Below, in pieces: positions 38,340-51,039 of a stretch of DNA of 64,000 nt. Source of the stretch: Lama guanicoe (Eukaryota); contig MU053365.1 in the NCBI GenBank assembly GCA_013239625.1, forward strand, positions 1,832,115-1,896,114, given 5' to 3'. Numbering within the stretch: position 1 is the stretch's first letter; each line of letters begins with the position of its first letter. Position numbers and translations under genes: made by a program. The notes beneath the pieces are model-generated. The model saw only the letters and a program-made list of their open reading frames with translations, did no database searches and was not told the origin of the DNA.

Positions 38340-39715
38340 CTGAAAATGAATATTTTTGTAGAAATGTGCAAGCTGATTCTAAAATTAATATGAAAATCTG
38401 AAGGACCTCAAAGAGCCTAAACAATACTTCAAAGGGAGGACCAGGTTGGAATAGTATTGTGCCTAAATTCAAGAGTTAACTGTTACGTAACCTGCAGTCA
38501 TCAGGATGGTATATTACTGCTGTAAGGATGGCTGAATAGTTCAAATGCACAGAATAGAAAGTTTAGAAATAAACCTATGTTCAACTGATTTTCAACCAAG
38601 GTGTCGATGGGAAATGCTAGCCTTTTCAAAAACAGTGCTGGAAAAACTTGAGATCCATATGAAACAAAGGTACCTTGAACCCTACACCTTACAATATACA
38701 TAAAACTCAACTTGAAATGGATGATATACTTGAGCATAAACTCAAAAGCTAGAAAATTTTACCTTGGAGTAGATAATAGTTTATTTAATATGAAATAAAT
38801 TAAAATATCTAAATCTAACAATATACTGACATACAGAATATATAATTAATATAATTCTACAGTAAGCAGACAAGGAGCTGCATTAAAATACATAGTTATT
38901 TAAGCAGATACTTCATAAAAGAAGATATATGAATGGCCACTAAGCATATAAAAAGATGTCCATTTGTCATTAGGGAAATGCATTAAAAACCAGGATGGGA
39001 TACCACTGCACACCTGCTAGAATAGCTAAAATTAAAAACAGTAAAAATGCTAGTTATTGGGGAAAATACAGAGTGATGAGAATTCCCATACCTTGTTGAT
39101 GGGTGCATAAAATGGTACAATCACTTTTAAAAAGTCTGGCATTTTCTTAGAAGACTAAACATACTTCCTTGTGAACCAGCAATTTCACTGCTAGGTGTTT
39201 ATCCAAGAGACATGAAACATATGTCCACCCAGAGCCTTGTGAATGAATGTTCACGTCAGATTTATGCATAATAGCTAATATATGGAAACAACTCAAGAAC
39301 CATTAATAGATGAATAGAAAAAGTGCTTGTGATGTACGCAAACAACGGACTGCAGTGGTAGAAAGAAACTACTGAGATAACAATATGAATGAATCTCAGA
39401 AATGTTAGGCTAAATGCAGAAAGCCAGTCACAGAATTTGACAAATGGAATGACTATTTATATAAAGTTCTAAAAGGCAAAATTAATCTTTAGTGACAGAA
39501 AGCAGATCCCTGGTTGCCTGGGCCATGGGTCAAGAGATGGAATTGGCCACAAAGGCTCAGGAAGGGACAGTTTAGCTGACAGAAGTATTCTGTATCTTGA
39601 TTGTGGTCATGATTACACAGGTGGATTTGACAAATCTCATCACAGTGTTCACTTAGAATGGGTGTACTCTATTTTATATAAATTACGTATCAAGGAAATC
39701 GATAAAGAAAAAAAC
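38340..39715 (+). mobile_element. Old L1 (L1MD/ME-like) ORF2 end and 3'UTR
   Basis: CAAGCTGATTCTAAAATT...CAACTGATTTTCAACCAAGGTG...GTGACAGAAAGCAGATC. Confidence 0.85.
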
Positions 39716-39920
39716 ATTATTATAACACTGACTATTTAAATCCTAAGATTTGAATGACTTTATTTACAGGCAATTCAGGATAAAAATGACAGTACCTCCT
39801 ATTGCCTGTGATTGAGATACTGACACTGATAAGGAAAAAAGTCTTGTAAGTGCCATTAATCAAGCTTTCCTTGTGCATTCTACTTTCCAATTTGACATTT
39901 TCTAAATTTAACAGACTTAC

Positions 39921-39950
39921 ATGTGTGTGTGTGTGTGTATATATATATAT

Positions 39951-39986
<36 letters not shown>

Positions 39987-40011
39987 GTATACACGTGTGT
40001 ATACACACACA
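39921..40011. repeat. Compound alternating purine-pyrimidine microsatellite containing a 48-bp palindrome
   Basis: A(TG)8(TA)7(CA)8T at 39921-39968, followed by more (TA)n. Confidence 0.95.
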
Positions 40012-40399
40012 TACTCATTCCATGCTTGCACCAACATTTTCAAGGAAGTATAAATTAGTTGGGGAAATTAATGTATACTGTGAGACATACATGAATGCTA
40101 GTCTGGAGGTTAATGAGAGGTGCTGTTAGCTGATGGTATTTACATGATAATCCTACTTGTAACTCTCTTAAAGCAGAAATTTCACTGTTGTAGTCAAAGG
40201 AGTGAGAAAAAGTATTGATTTACTGCTACCAACTGATAAGAAGCAGGTGAGCCCCCAGGGATCAAAGTGAGACATGAATGCAGAGTTGCTGGCAGTTTGA
40301 TTAGAGTGGTTAAGCTCTCTTTTCACTTGCTTCAAAATTATGCAACACTTTTACAGCTTTGAATTCTCCGAAGTCTGTCTCCTCACAGACTCTCACACA

Positions 40400-40530
40400 G
40401 CCTTGGCAGGAATTCTCATTTCCTACTTCGTTAGTAAAGAAACCAACACTCAGAGAGGTGAAGTCTCCAAGGTCTCCCAGATCTAAAGTGGCAGGTCCCG
40501 GACTAGAGGCCAGGGATTCTGACTCCATTC
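40400..40530 (-). mobile_element. MIR
   Basis: CTCAGAGAGGTGAAGT...CCAAGGTC...AAGTGGCAG...TCTGACTCCA. Confidence 0.7.
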
Positions 40531-40984
40531 AAGTGTTTTTGTTCTACAAACCCTACCTCCTTACTCTGGCCAAGCTTACTTTTTTCTGATAGAAAAGGAA
40601 ACCCAACGATAGGAGCTCAGTGGAAAATGCTTACATATATATTTCTATCTGTATCATCTCTATCTGTGGCTGTTCATTCCCAAAGTTAAGAGGGACAGAG
40701 TAGCCAAGGAGCAAAAGTACATACAAAGCCTAAGCAGAGTACATGAAATGCTGAAAGATATATAGTTATTCAAATATCGTTGATTAAAACGCAACTATCA
40801 GAGAATCTAAGTCAGGGAAGCACGTGGAAGTAAGCCAAAGCAAACTCCCAGGAACGAGGGAATGGGCTTTTGAGTGGCGCAGGGAATTAAATGGAAGTTT
40901 GGGCCAAATTAAGCGGATTGCTGTGAAGGAGAGGGTCTAGTTGTTCCAGTCAACACGGGAGTTGCACTTGTATTCGGGGCAGGA

Positions 40985-41240
40985 TAATATGGCATAGTGC
41001 TTAAAAATCGTTTCGGAATCAGATAGATTGGGTTCAAACAGATTCCAGCTATAATTCTTTTTCAACCACTTACCTGCTGTGAGACATTGGGCAGATTGCT
41101 TAACCTCTCTGAGCCTTGTTTCTATAATAGGAAATGCAGTGGTTCCTCATAGGGTTGTTTGAGGGGTTAGATTAAATAATGATGTATAGTTATTTTTTCA
41201 TATAAATATCAGCTATTGTTACTATTATTAATAAGTAATA
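40985..41240 (+). mobile_element. MIR
   Basis: CCACTTACCTGCTGTGAGACATTGGGCAGATTGCTTAACCTCTCTGAGCCT. Confidence 0.85.
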
Positions 41241-41679
41241 ATCATCCTGTTGGTGTCTCACCCCTGTATATAATACTGCCTTATCTATATTACATGTTAT
41301 GTAATATTTGCTGAAAAAATCTTTTCTGTCAATATCAAAAGATAATTTATCATTAGAAAAGGGACAGGTAGAGGATCTGCTATTCACAAAGTGCTATTTC
41401 TTCCAAATTCCCTCTATTTGGTGCTTCTGGGAAAGGCATCTCTCATCTACTAACGTCTAAGCATATGCTCACTCACCACACGGGGTTTTCCTTAGTCTAA
41501 AAGATCCAGGCACATCTTCTGAAACAGGCACGGTGCATAGTGCTGGACAATCAACTTTTCTACATTTCTATCATCTCACCATGCCTCAAAAGACCAACCA
41601 CTGTGTGAAGGCCATCCTTAACCTTTTCAACATAATAGCATCTTAAATATTTTAAAAAATATGCAATATTCAAGACATT

Positions 41680-42175
41680 AAAAAAGCATGAAGAATAAAC
41701 AGCATGGAGGTACTGACCCAGTTACTGCAACAAGTCAGTGGCATGAGAAGATCAATGGCAGGGGAGAACTCCCTGGATTAAAGAGACATGAGATCTAACA
41801 TCTAAATATCGTGTGTGGACCTTATGGGCATCCTGATTTGAATAGATTAACTATAGAAAAGGGATTGTGAGGCAATTGAGGGAAGAATTTTTACAGTCTT
41901 TTGCTATACATGATACGAAGCAATTATTATTTTGGTTAACAGTAGTGATGGCATTGTTATGGTTTTTAAAAGCTCACATTTTGTAGGTATCTATACTGCA
42001 GTATGTAGAAATAAAACAACATGTTTGGGATTTGCTTTAAAATACATTTTAGGAAAGAAAAGAAGTACAAAGATAAATGAAGCAAATACGGCAAAATGTT
42101 GATAATCGTTGAATACACAATTATATAGGAGTTCATTTTACTAGCACCTCTTCTGTGTACATTTGAAAATAACAT
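41680..42175 (+). mobile_element. L1MC/ME-type 3' end
   Basis: GATTAAAGAGAC...GTGTGGACCTT...ATCCTGATTTGAA; TGGGATTTGCTTTAAAATA. Confidence 0.75.
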
Positions 42176-42189
42176 ATATTAGCACCTTT

Positions 42190-42495
42190 GATGATATAAA
42201 GCCATGAATACAACAAATACTCATGTACCCAAAGTAAGCTTTGAAAACAAAAGCAAATTCAATTGAATTCCCTTCCCCAACTACATCCATCCCCTACAAA
42301 AATGACCACTATCTGGATTTTGGTGTTTATTATTGTCTTGTTGCTCTGTATTTTTCCTACAGATTTATTTATTCCTAAGAAATATATCACATTGTTTTGT
42401 ATGTTTTTAAACTTCATCAAAACACTATCCAATTGTAGGTGTTCTGCAACTTGCCTTTTTTTGGTCAATATGACGTGTATGTGATTCATCTACAG
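42190..42495 (-). mobile_element. L1ME-type 3' fragment
   Basis: ACCACTATCTGGATTTTGGTGTTTAT...TTCTGCAACTTGCCTTTTT. Confidence 0.65.
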
Positions 42496-45259
42496 GGCTC
42501 CAAAATAGAGCCTTCCAAAAATATCTTCCATATTCTTTTCCTAAGCTGACCAAAGTTTCTGCCGGCATCGTGTGTCTTGTCTGCGCCGCTGCTGCAGCTC
42601 CTGCTCTGCTCTCTTTATTGCTAAGAAGCCTCGGAATTTCACTGAGCTAGTGTTCTCCGAATGAGGAGTTCTGTGTAAAGTAATTCTGTCTGTAATTCAA
42701 GGTTAAAAGAATATTTTTCCTCCCAAATCTCTCTATTAGTCTTTCGATACCCTTTTCTAGAATAGATTTGCTACGTTCCAGCTGCTAGCAGGTACATTTT
42801 TACTCTCTCAGCAAATGAGTCAAATAAAGCATAATGACCACACGTTAATTTTGCTGCCATTGTTACTGTAAGAGTGGACACCAACAGTGGATGTAGTATC
42901 TGCATCACCTGACTCTGAACATAGGGATGGCAAAAGTAAGTAAATACCCACAATGTGGAGAATTCGATACATCCGTGATTTACTTACTGTGGATGCCTTT
43001 TGACAAAGACTCCAAAATATTCGCTGCTGTGAGCTGTCTCATTCTAGGAGATTTCTGTGCCCACTCTCTTGAAGGGAGACAACCACCAGGAGTAGATACT
43101 CAAGAAAGGTGGGAAATTATTATAAAATAATGCCTGAGATCTAGTCCCAAATAGTCTTGGTCACATGGCAGGTGCTCAGTAAATGCATATAAATCATCTT
43201 CCTCCTGGGGGGAAATGCAGTAAGGACAGAGTCTCTTGGACACATTAATTGGTTATCATTGAAAGCATGTTCTCAAGGAGAAAAGAGAAGGTGAAAGGCA
43301 TCTGAATGCATTTTCCATCTCTAATAGCTTGTGCCGAAGTGACCTCAGGAGGGTAAGGGGAATATAAAAGGGGGAAAGCCCCTCATCTTTCCTTGCTCCC
43401 TGAGGCTCAGTGACAAACCTACACCACAAAGTGGTTTCTGTAATGTACAGCGGACAGTGACAGGAGTTCGTTCCTCACCTGCCTAGCAGACCCTCTTCCT
43501 GACCCCCACAGTGGTGCAGAGGGACCTCTCCCTGCTTTCTTCCTCCCGCAGCCTGGACCTAATTGCATGTAGATTTTCTTTTTCTCTTTTGTCACCCAGA
43601 AACCCACCACTGTCCTTTGCCCTTGTTGCATTTTATAATGATGGAACTTTCTTTACCTCACTGACAGTAGTTGAACTGTTGACATCCTTGACCTATTATT
43701 AATCATCTCTCCTGTGGTCACCAAAGGCAAGCTTGGTAAGTACACTTACTTTTGGCCCGTAATTCCCAATCAGAGATTTACTCTTATTGTAGTAGGCCTG
43801 CCATCTTAAAAAGCCAGTTTTCAAAGCTCACACACTCTCCAATAGAAGTTCTCCTGTTAGGCATAACCTAGAGGGACTTTTTATAGTGCACTTAGATTTC
43901 CTATAGTCAATTTTCTCCAGAACTGAGGTCCCGTACATTCTCTGTAGTTAAAAACTTGCTTCAAAAGCCTTTTATGATAATCAAGTCTGTTTTGGTATAA
44001 GAAGCCTTTGTTGCATGTGAGTTCCACCAAGACGAAATGAATTACTCAAGACTCTGGAAAAGTCAAGAGAGTGAGAGGGAGTCGGGAGCCAAGTCCAGGA
44101 GCCTCTCACTCAAATCTCCCATGTCTACTGAGTACAGTCAAAGGAGGAATGCAGGAATTTAGGGAAGGACAGGGTGGGATCACAATGAGTACAAAGGCTT
44201 TGCTTATTGTTGGTGTTTGGCTCAAGGTCAGAAGACCCTTTCTGGTGAATCATGTTCGTGTTGAGCCTTTCAGCTCATCAGGGCGGAACAGATGAGAATC
44301 AGCTGCTTGATAACTTGGACTCAGGCTGCTGTGCCTGTCTCAGGTTGCCCCCCTCAGGGGATCTTGCCCATCATTGGCTCACCAGCCTTCTCACCTCTGA
44401 GTCCGCAGCTTGTTTACCATTCCAGCCCAAGGCTGTTTGGGGGTAGAGGACTATCTAACAGCAGGCACGCCCCTCCCATGGTTTTATAGCCGAGGGCCTG
44501 GGTCATTGTTAAACCTCAACTATGCAAGCAAGGCGGTTACTAAGCACAGTTGCTATTTAAAGAGATAAGCGGCTGAGGTCTGTTACAATTTGTTAACCCA
44601 ATCATGGGCTCCCACAGTTGCATTTAAATGACCCACAAGCCTGGCACTCAGACTGAAACCTGCTTGGCCATTTGTTGCTGGAACGTGTTAGGCTCACCCT
44701 CTTTCCCTTTGCTCTCTTCGTCCTTGACTGTTCAATTTCACAGCACTGTATTTTTTTAAAATTTGCTCTTATGAACTAGTTGGTCACATCCCTCCTGTTT
44801 GGCCTTGAACCCCTGCCCTTAGACTCACATTTAGTAGTGTCTTTCTGAGAAGGCCCAAATTATCACAGCAGTTGGTACAATGGGCTTTGACTTTTTCAGT
44901 CTCCTTAGTCACTGACCTTGTTTGACCGACTTTTGTGGGATATATCAAGGAGAGAAGACACCTTCATCACACGTCTTGTCTTGGCCTTGGAGGACAGGAC
45001 AGCCAGCTTCCCTTAGCCGGGGTGGCGGGGTGTTAACGTAGCAATGTTCCCTCCCTTTTATCTTGTCAATGAGTTGTGTATACTATGGGAACTTTGACAC
45101 ATTCATTGGGCAGTTTAACATTTTGTGGCACTGAAACCACAATTCTGTAAAACATTGTCTCTATTTATCTCTGTGGGTATCAATACATTTGTTCACCAGT
45201 CACTGAGTTCATAATTCTTCAGGCACTACGCTGCGTGATGTGGATGCAGATCTCTCAAG

Positions 45260-45572
45260 AAAGTGATTTCCCCCAAATTATTTTATTCTGGGGATATTAA
45301 TAGGTGTTACATAAAGATAAACTAACGAAAAAGTTTCCGTGGTTAAATAGGTTCGGAAAAAAGGAGAGTTAAACGGAGGTATTTCATTTTCTTCTGTCTC
45401 CGAGTCCTTAATGCACTTGACATCTAATTCTTATTTATCATAAATGGCCAACAGGGATGGGGGTAGAATAAAAAAGAAAGTGTGTCCCCAAATTACCTGA
45501 CCAGGAAACCCCTTCTTTCATGACTGTCTCAATGGGCTACTTTTCTTCAAAACACGCTTTGGGAAATGACAG
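45260..45572. mobile_element. hAT-Charlie non-autonomous DNA transposon remnant
   Basis: Termini AGTGATTTCCCCCAAA and AAACACGCTTTGGGAAATG resemble inverted Charlie-type ends. Confidence 0.6.
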
Positions 45573-47004
45573 TCCTTGTGATGCAGAAATCACATCAGAG
45601 TTAGTCTGATGTCATTATGATTTGTTGCTTCTTTTCATCCTGGAAGTACTTTTTCCCTTGAAACCTGGTACTAATACCGCCACTGCAGCCTTCGTGGGGT
45701 TACTGTTCGTGTGGTTACTGTTCGTGTGGCAGATACATCCACTTACTTCCAGACTTCCTGTGTCTGTCTATTAAAGTACCCTGTAGATAGCTCATAGTTG
45801 TGTTCTGCTATTTTATTGATTCTCACAATCTTAATTTGTGAGTTTATTCCATGAAAATTGTAATATAACTATTGATGTAATTGTGTTAGGAATATCATGT
45901 TACTGTTTTCTGTTTTCCCTGTGTTTTCGGTTCCTCTTTCATTCATCTTTGTATAATTCCCTCTCTCTCTCTTTTGTTTAGAGTAAGTATTCAAAAACCA
46001 TTTGTTGAATTGATTAATGAACAGTCCTCTCCGCTGTGAACTTACCAGATTCCTCCAGGCAGTATGAAATGTGTCTCCCTTCGATACTTGTACAAAATTG
46101 ACAAAGTGGTTAAACATTTCTCATAGACACTGGAGTTGACTGCCAAAGTATTTCTAAGCCTGACAAGACTCCTGGGATGCCTCTGATACTTACACACAGG
46201 CTGGATATTTGAGCACACACAAAAAGAACACTGAGTCATTTTTCAGTGTTTCAACTGCTTGTAATGACACATGGGTTGACATTAAACTTATTGGTAAAAT
46301 TGGTTTAGAAGGAAAAGGTTACATGGGATATCAGAGTGGCTTAGGCTATCGCTATAAATTCTCGACTGGCACCAGCCCATTATCCATCCAATAGAATATT
46401 CACTTGTCTACAAATCAGACTAGTGTTTGCACTAAACACAGTATTTTTATGCTTCCCAAGGCTACCACGAGTGCTGAGGGGACTGCGTGGTGGTGGTGAT
46501 TTGACGGTCACATTGCAGGGCAGTTATTTGCTTATGTGTTGTTGTTCTTCACGAGATTGGCCCTTTCTTTATGGAGACCACAACGTCTGATTTGATGGTG
46601 CATCACTGCCACATAGCACAGTGCCTGGCAAATAGTAGATATTCAACTATTTGGATTAATGAATAATCCATGGATATATATTGAAGAAAACCTCCTGAAA
46701 TAGAACACTTACAGCCACATATATTTGTTTCTAACCTAGGGGAAATGTACTAGGGATGTTCACATTGAAGACTTGAAGCCAGTGCAGTACATTATACAGG
46801 ATATTTGAGCGTACACAGAAAGAACACTGAGTCACTTTTCCACCTTAGTGAAATTTGGACCCATATTTTTGTTCTGAAGCATAGGGAGATAGATTACATT
46901 TGTCAATAAGGGCCCCACTGCACCCAAGTCAAACATCTGTGGGTAATTTTGAAAATGTCTGACAACTAATCTTAGCATCTGATTCTTCAGGGTAGCCAAA
47001 AATA

Positions 47005-47125
47005 TGTATGTGTGTGTGTGTGTGAGGAGGGCGGGCGGGGGGGGAGAGGGAGGGAGGGAGAGAGAGAGGGAGAGAGAAGGAGGGAGAGGAAGAGGGGGGA
47101 GGCAGGAGAGAAGGGAGAAGGAGCA
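47005..47125. repeat. (TG)n followed by a G/GA-rich polypurine tract
   Basis: Seen directly; contains multiple GGG runs. Confidence 0.9.
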
Positions 47126-48676
47126 AGCATGAACAGTTGATGATGGAAAATCATATATTTTTTTCTCCCTGACATCAGTGACATTACTTATATGAGAGGG
47201 GGGAAAAAACTGGCACTAGGAGAAGGTCCAGAAATGAAAAGAGGTATTTCTTAGTTTTGTCAATACAGTGGTTGGGCCTTCCTTAAATACTGATGGTCTG
47301 AAAAAAGGGAGCAATTCAAAATCAGACTTGACACAGAAACTCTGTCCCTCTGGAAAACTAGAAGGGGAGTTTTGTATACCAAGAAAACAACATTTCCTTG
47401 TCCCGGGAGGAGGTGCTACACCTCCTTACTTGCATGAACGATAATTGTCATTCTCATATTTCACTTATGAATATAAGGGGGTAAACATTCTTAAACTATA
47501 AAAATATGCATAATTCAACTATTTTAAGACATGGTTTTATATTCATCTCTTGATGTAAAACCTTAAAAAAAAAAAAAAAAGAGCCCTTAAAAGTGAAAGG
47601 AAGTCCTATATCTTAAACTGTAGATTGTCCCTCTTGGCATAAAAAAAAAAATTGTATTGAGTACAAAATTGTCCATTGAATTGGTAAAATTGAATAGTTT
47701 AAATTGAACTGCCTGTATATCTGGGAAAATTGAAAACATTATCAAGCCCTTGTCAGAATACATTTAGCAGTACTTGTAGGTGGGTTACAAAGATGATTCT
47801 CTAGGTCATTTTATTTCTTTCCTCCAGATTTGTCATGCACGGCATGTGTCTGAGTGCAGTTACTGAATTAACGATGATTCAGCCATTGGAGGATTTCTAG
47901 TAGTGACTGCAAAAATATGTTTCCATTGGAAAGAATGAAATACATCTTCCAAGTTTTCATCAGAAACTAATAAATTGCTCTTTCTGCTTCATGTTTCATA
48001 TAAATCAAAGATTCTCACCGATGTCAGAGATGCAAAACATGCTACTGTGAATTTCGAGTTATGCCTAATGCAGCAAAGCTTGGTGATATGAATTTAATAG
48101 CAAAGTTACTTCTCTTGAAATTCTGGTTAGACCTACTGCTATGAATATTTAACCTGGAAAAGAGAATACAAGTAGCTCACCTGCTCAAGAAATTCACAAC
48201 ACAGCTGAGTCTGAACCAGCCTCTCAAACACTGATGATAAACACGATCATTTAACATTTTAGATTTATGATATGCATTAATCAATTACTGCAGCAATCAT
48301 TCTAACTTAATGAATTCTAGTGTGCTAATGATTTTTGGAAATAAGGCAGAAATATCAAAAGAGACCTTAGATGGAGTCTACATAGAATATCTGCAGAACA
48401 TGTTTCTGAGGGCCACTCAGAAAACTAAATTCATCTTATATATATCTCTAGTGATTAATTGAAATTTTCTCTCATTTTGGTATGCCTTCTGCATACTCAT
48501 AAATATTAGATATTGATAACTTTTTATACCTTTTTAAATATATTAAAATATAGAAGAAGTGCATACATGCTATAATTTTGCTTTGCATCAAGAAATTCCA
48601 TTGGCTTAAAACACTTGATCTCATTTGAACTTGAAACCATAATTAGTATACTAACGGCAGGTTTAAGAGTGAAATG

Positions 48677-48982
48677 GAGCAGAACAAGGGAATCCTTGGG
48701 TGGGGAAACTATTAGGTGTGACAGTGTGATGGTGGATGCATGATTACGCATTTATCAAAACACACGGAACTGTAAACAGGGAAAGCCAACCCTAATGTAA
48801 CCTAGAGACTTTTGTATCAATTATTATGTTTTCATTAATTGGTAATAATGTACCACACTAATGCAACATGTTAATAATAGAGGAAACTGCGAGGAAGCGG
48901 GAATATATGGGAATTCTCAGTATTAGCTTCATTTTTTGGTAAATATAAAACTTTCTAAAAACAGTCTATTGATTTCAAAAAA
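48677..48982 (+). mobile_element. L1MC-type 3' end
   Basis: AACCCTAATGTAAC...ATGTACCACACTAATGCAACATGTTAATAATAG. Flanking repeat GAGTGAAATG at 48667-48676 and 48984-48993. Confidence 0.85.
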
Positions 48983-49772
48983 GGAGTGAAATGTGTATCT
49001 TGTTTTTAAAGCAGTCTCACTTCTCTGAATGAACTCTCTGCTCATTGTGTATTTCCATTTGATCTTCAAATCGTCTTACACTTCCCCTTGATGCGTATCA
49101 GATTTTTAGTGTTACTTTCCATTTCTGATTGTGTTACCATATAAGATTTTATATTTTTATATATATATATACTATACACATATAGTGTATATATATATAA
49201 ACGTACTATAAACGTATATATATAAACATGTATAAATGTGTGTGTTCTCTGTATCCTAGACAGTGGAGAAGGAGCTTCTGTGCTATTTACCTTGTGCCTT
49301 ATTCAGCACAATGAACAGGATTACAATTAACGCTACCATTTCCCAGTGGATTTTCTCTTTAATTTTCAGAAGCCACTCTTTCTGAACTCAGGAGAGCTGA
49401 CGTATACCTTAGTGCTTGACTAGCCATAAATACGTACCACACTAGTGATCCTGGCGGCGACAGACTATAGATGATGGACCCCCTGAAGTGCAGCTGAGAG
49501 AGAACGTCTGTTGCCACGTGCAAGGCTTGGCACGTGCAGTGGAGCACAGGGGCCACTCTGAGTGTGAAGACAGCAGCAGAGGGGGCAATCAGTGTAATAG
49601 GAATGTCTCAGGAAGTGGGCTTGAGTTACTCTTCAAAGGTCACATGGCTTAGAAGTTGATTCATGCTCACACTCAAAGAAGGAATAAAATGGTAAAGGTA
49701 GCAAGTTACACGGGTTTCCCAGACGAAGTCACCACTGCATTTCTTGGTGTCTGTATACAGGCTATCCTTGCA

Positions 49773-49876
49773 GGGTCAGCACAGCTCAGTGGCAGAGCGT
49801 GTGCGTAACGTGCACAAAGTCCTGGGTTCAATCTCCAGTGCCTCCATTAAATAAATACATTAATAAGTAAATAACC
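49773..49876 (+). mobile_element. tRNA-derived camelid-type SINE, diverged
   Basis: CAGCTCAGTGGCAGAGCG...GTCCTGGGTTCAATCTCCAGTGCCTCCATTAAATAAAT. Confidence 0.85.
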
Positions 49877-50759
49877 AAGCTGTTGTGTACAGCTGACTTA
49901 ACGTTTAATCTGTGTAATGTCATGCTTTCTGTTTAAGGTTTTAATCTAACTTTCTGATTAAAGCATTTTTCATCATAATTTCCTAAGAATACTTGGAAGT
50001 GGGAATATGTTTCCCAATAAACATTATGGAATTACTTGAGAGAATTTTTCCAAATTGTGTGCACGGCAGGGCTACAGACAATGATGCAGATTCCGTGATA
50101 GTGATATCATGTCCAAGAACCGGGAAAAAGGCTTAGAGGAAACTTCCACACACTCTTTGTGGAAAGGAACAATCCACGGTAGGTCTTCTCATCCAGCAAA
50201 CAGACAATTTTTAAGTATTTGACAGTAATAGGCCTTCCATCATTGATCCACACAAAGTGATTCAGAGTCTTTAAAGGACACCAAGATCTCTGTGGTCTAT
50301 TCCAGCTCTTCCATTCTGCAAGGTAAGGACAGATGAATGTTTCTCTAGTGTGGATTTGGAGTACCAGAGACCACTACAAACGTGATTATGAACAACCTAT
50401 AGTTATAATTTTTCAAAACTGTATATTTGTATGTGAATATGTGTGTGTGTCTCAGAAAGTAAATGCTTGGCGAAAATATAATTATTTGTATCGTCAACAC
50501 ATTATGTGTATCTGTGTATCTGATGACCATGAAATCCCTACTGCGGGGCCATCATGAGGACCTGTGCTTGAGAGCAGGTGTCTTCAGGGGATTGCCGTCA
50601 TAGTCTGCCTGCTGGAGCTCATTTGAAATCACTGCAAACCTGAGGGATTTCCCCAAGAGCCAAAGTTAACATTCACTGAGAGCTTGGTGAACAGTTCCCT
50701 TCCAGAGAGCCTACCCCTTTATACTTTAAGGACAGCTTTAGACTGCAGGTTTTGACTGG

Positions 50760-50900
50760 AGGTCGCAGGGAGTATACTCAACTTGCAATCAGAAGACTCG
50801 GCCTTCAGCCTCACTCAGCTCTGCAGCTTCTAAGCTGTGTGACCTTTGAATAGTAACTCAAGGCCTTTAAAAATTCATTGACTAACCCACTTGTTTTACA
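50760..50900 (+). mobile_element. MIR
   Basis: CAGCTCTGC...AGCTGTGTGACCTTTGAATAGTAACT. Confidence 0.55.
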
Positions 50901-51039
50901 GTGGTTGAAAATAAAAAGAATGGTGGCACTCTAACAGCACATAATTAAGAGAAGGAAAAAGAGGTTGAAATCAATAACTATCCAAGTGATGTTGGGATCA
51001 CTTTAATTAAGACTATTTTAATCGCCAGTTCTCTGCTGC

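Noticed and set aside
39732..40129. ORFs with YI/HT/CV repeats (also 30002-30341)
   Set aside because: They are translations of dinucleotide microsatellites.
47138..47175. C/D box snoRNA (TGATGA...CTGA)
   Set aside because: The boxes are only about 30 nt apart, there is no terminal stem, and there is no suitably placed distal D box.
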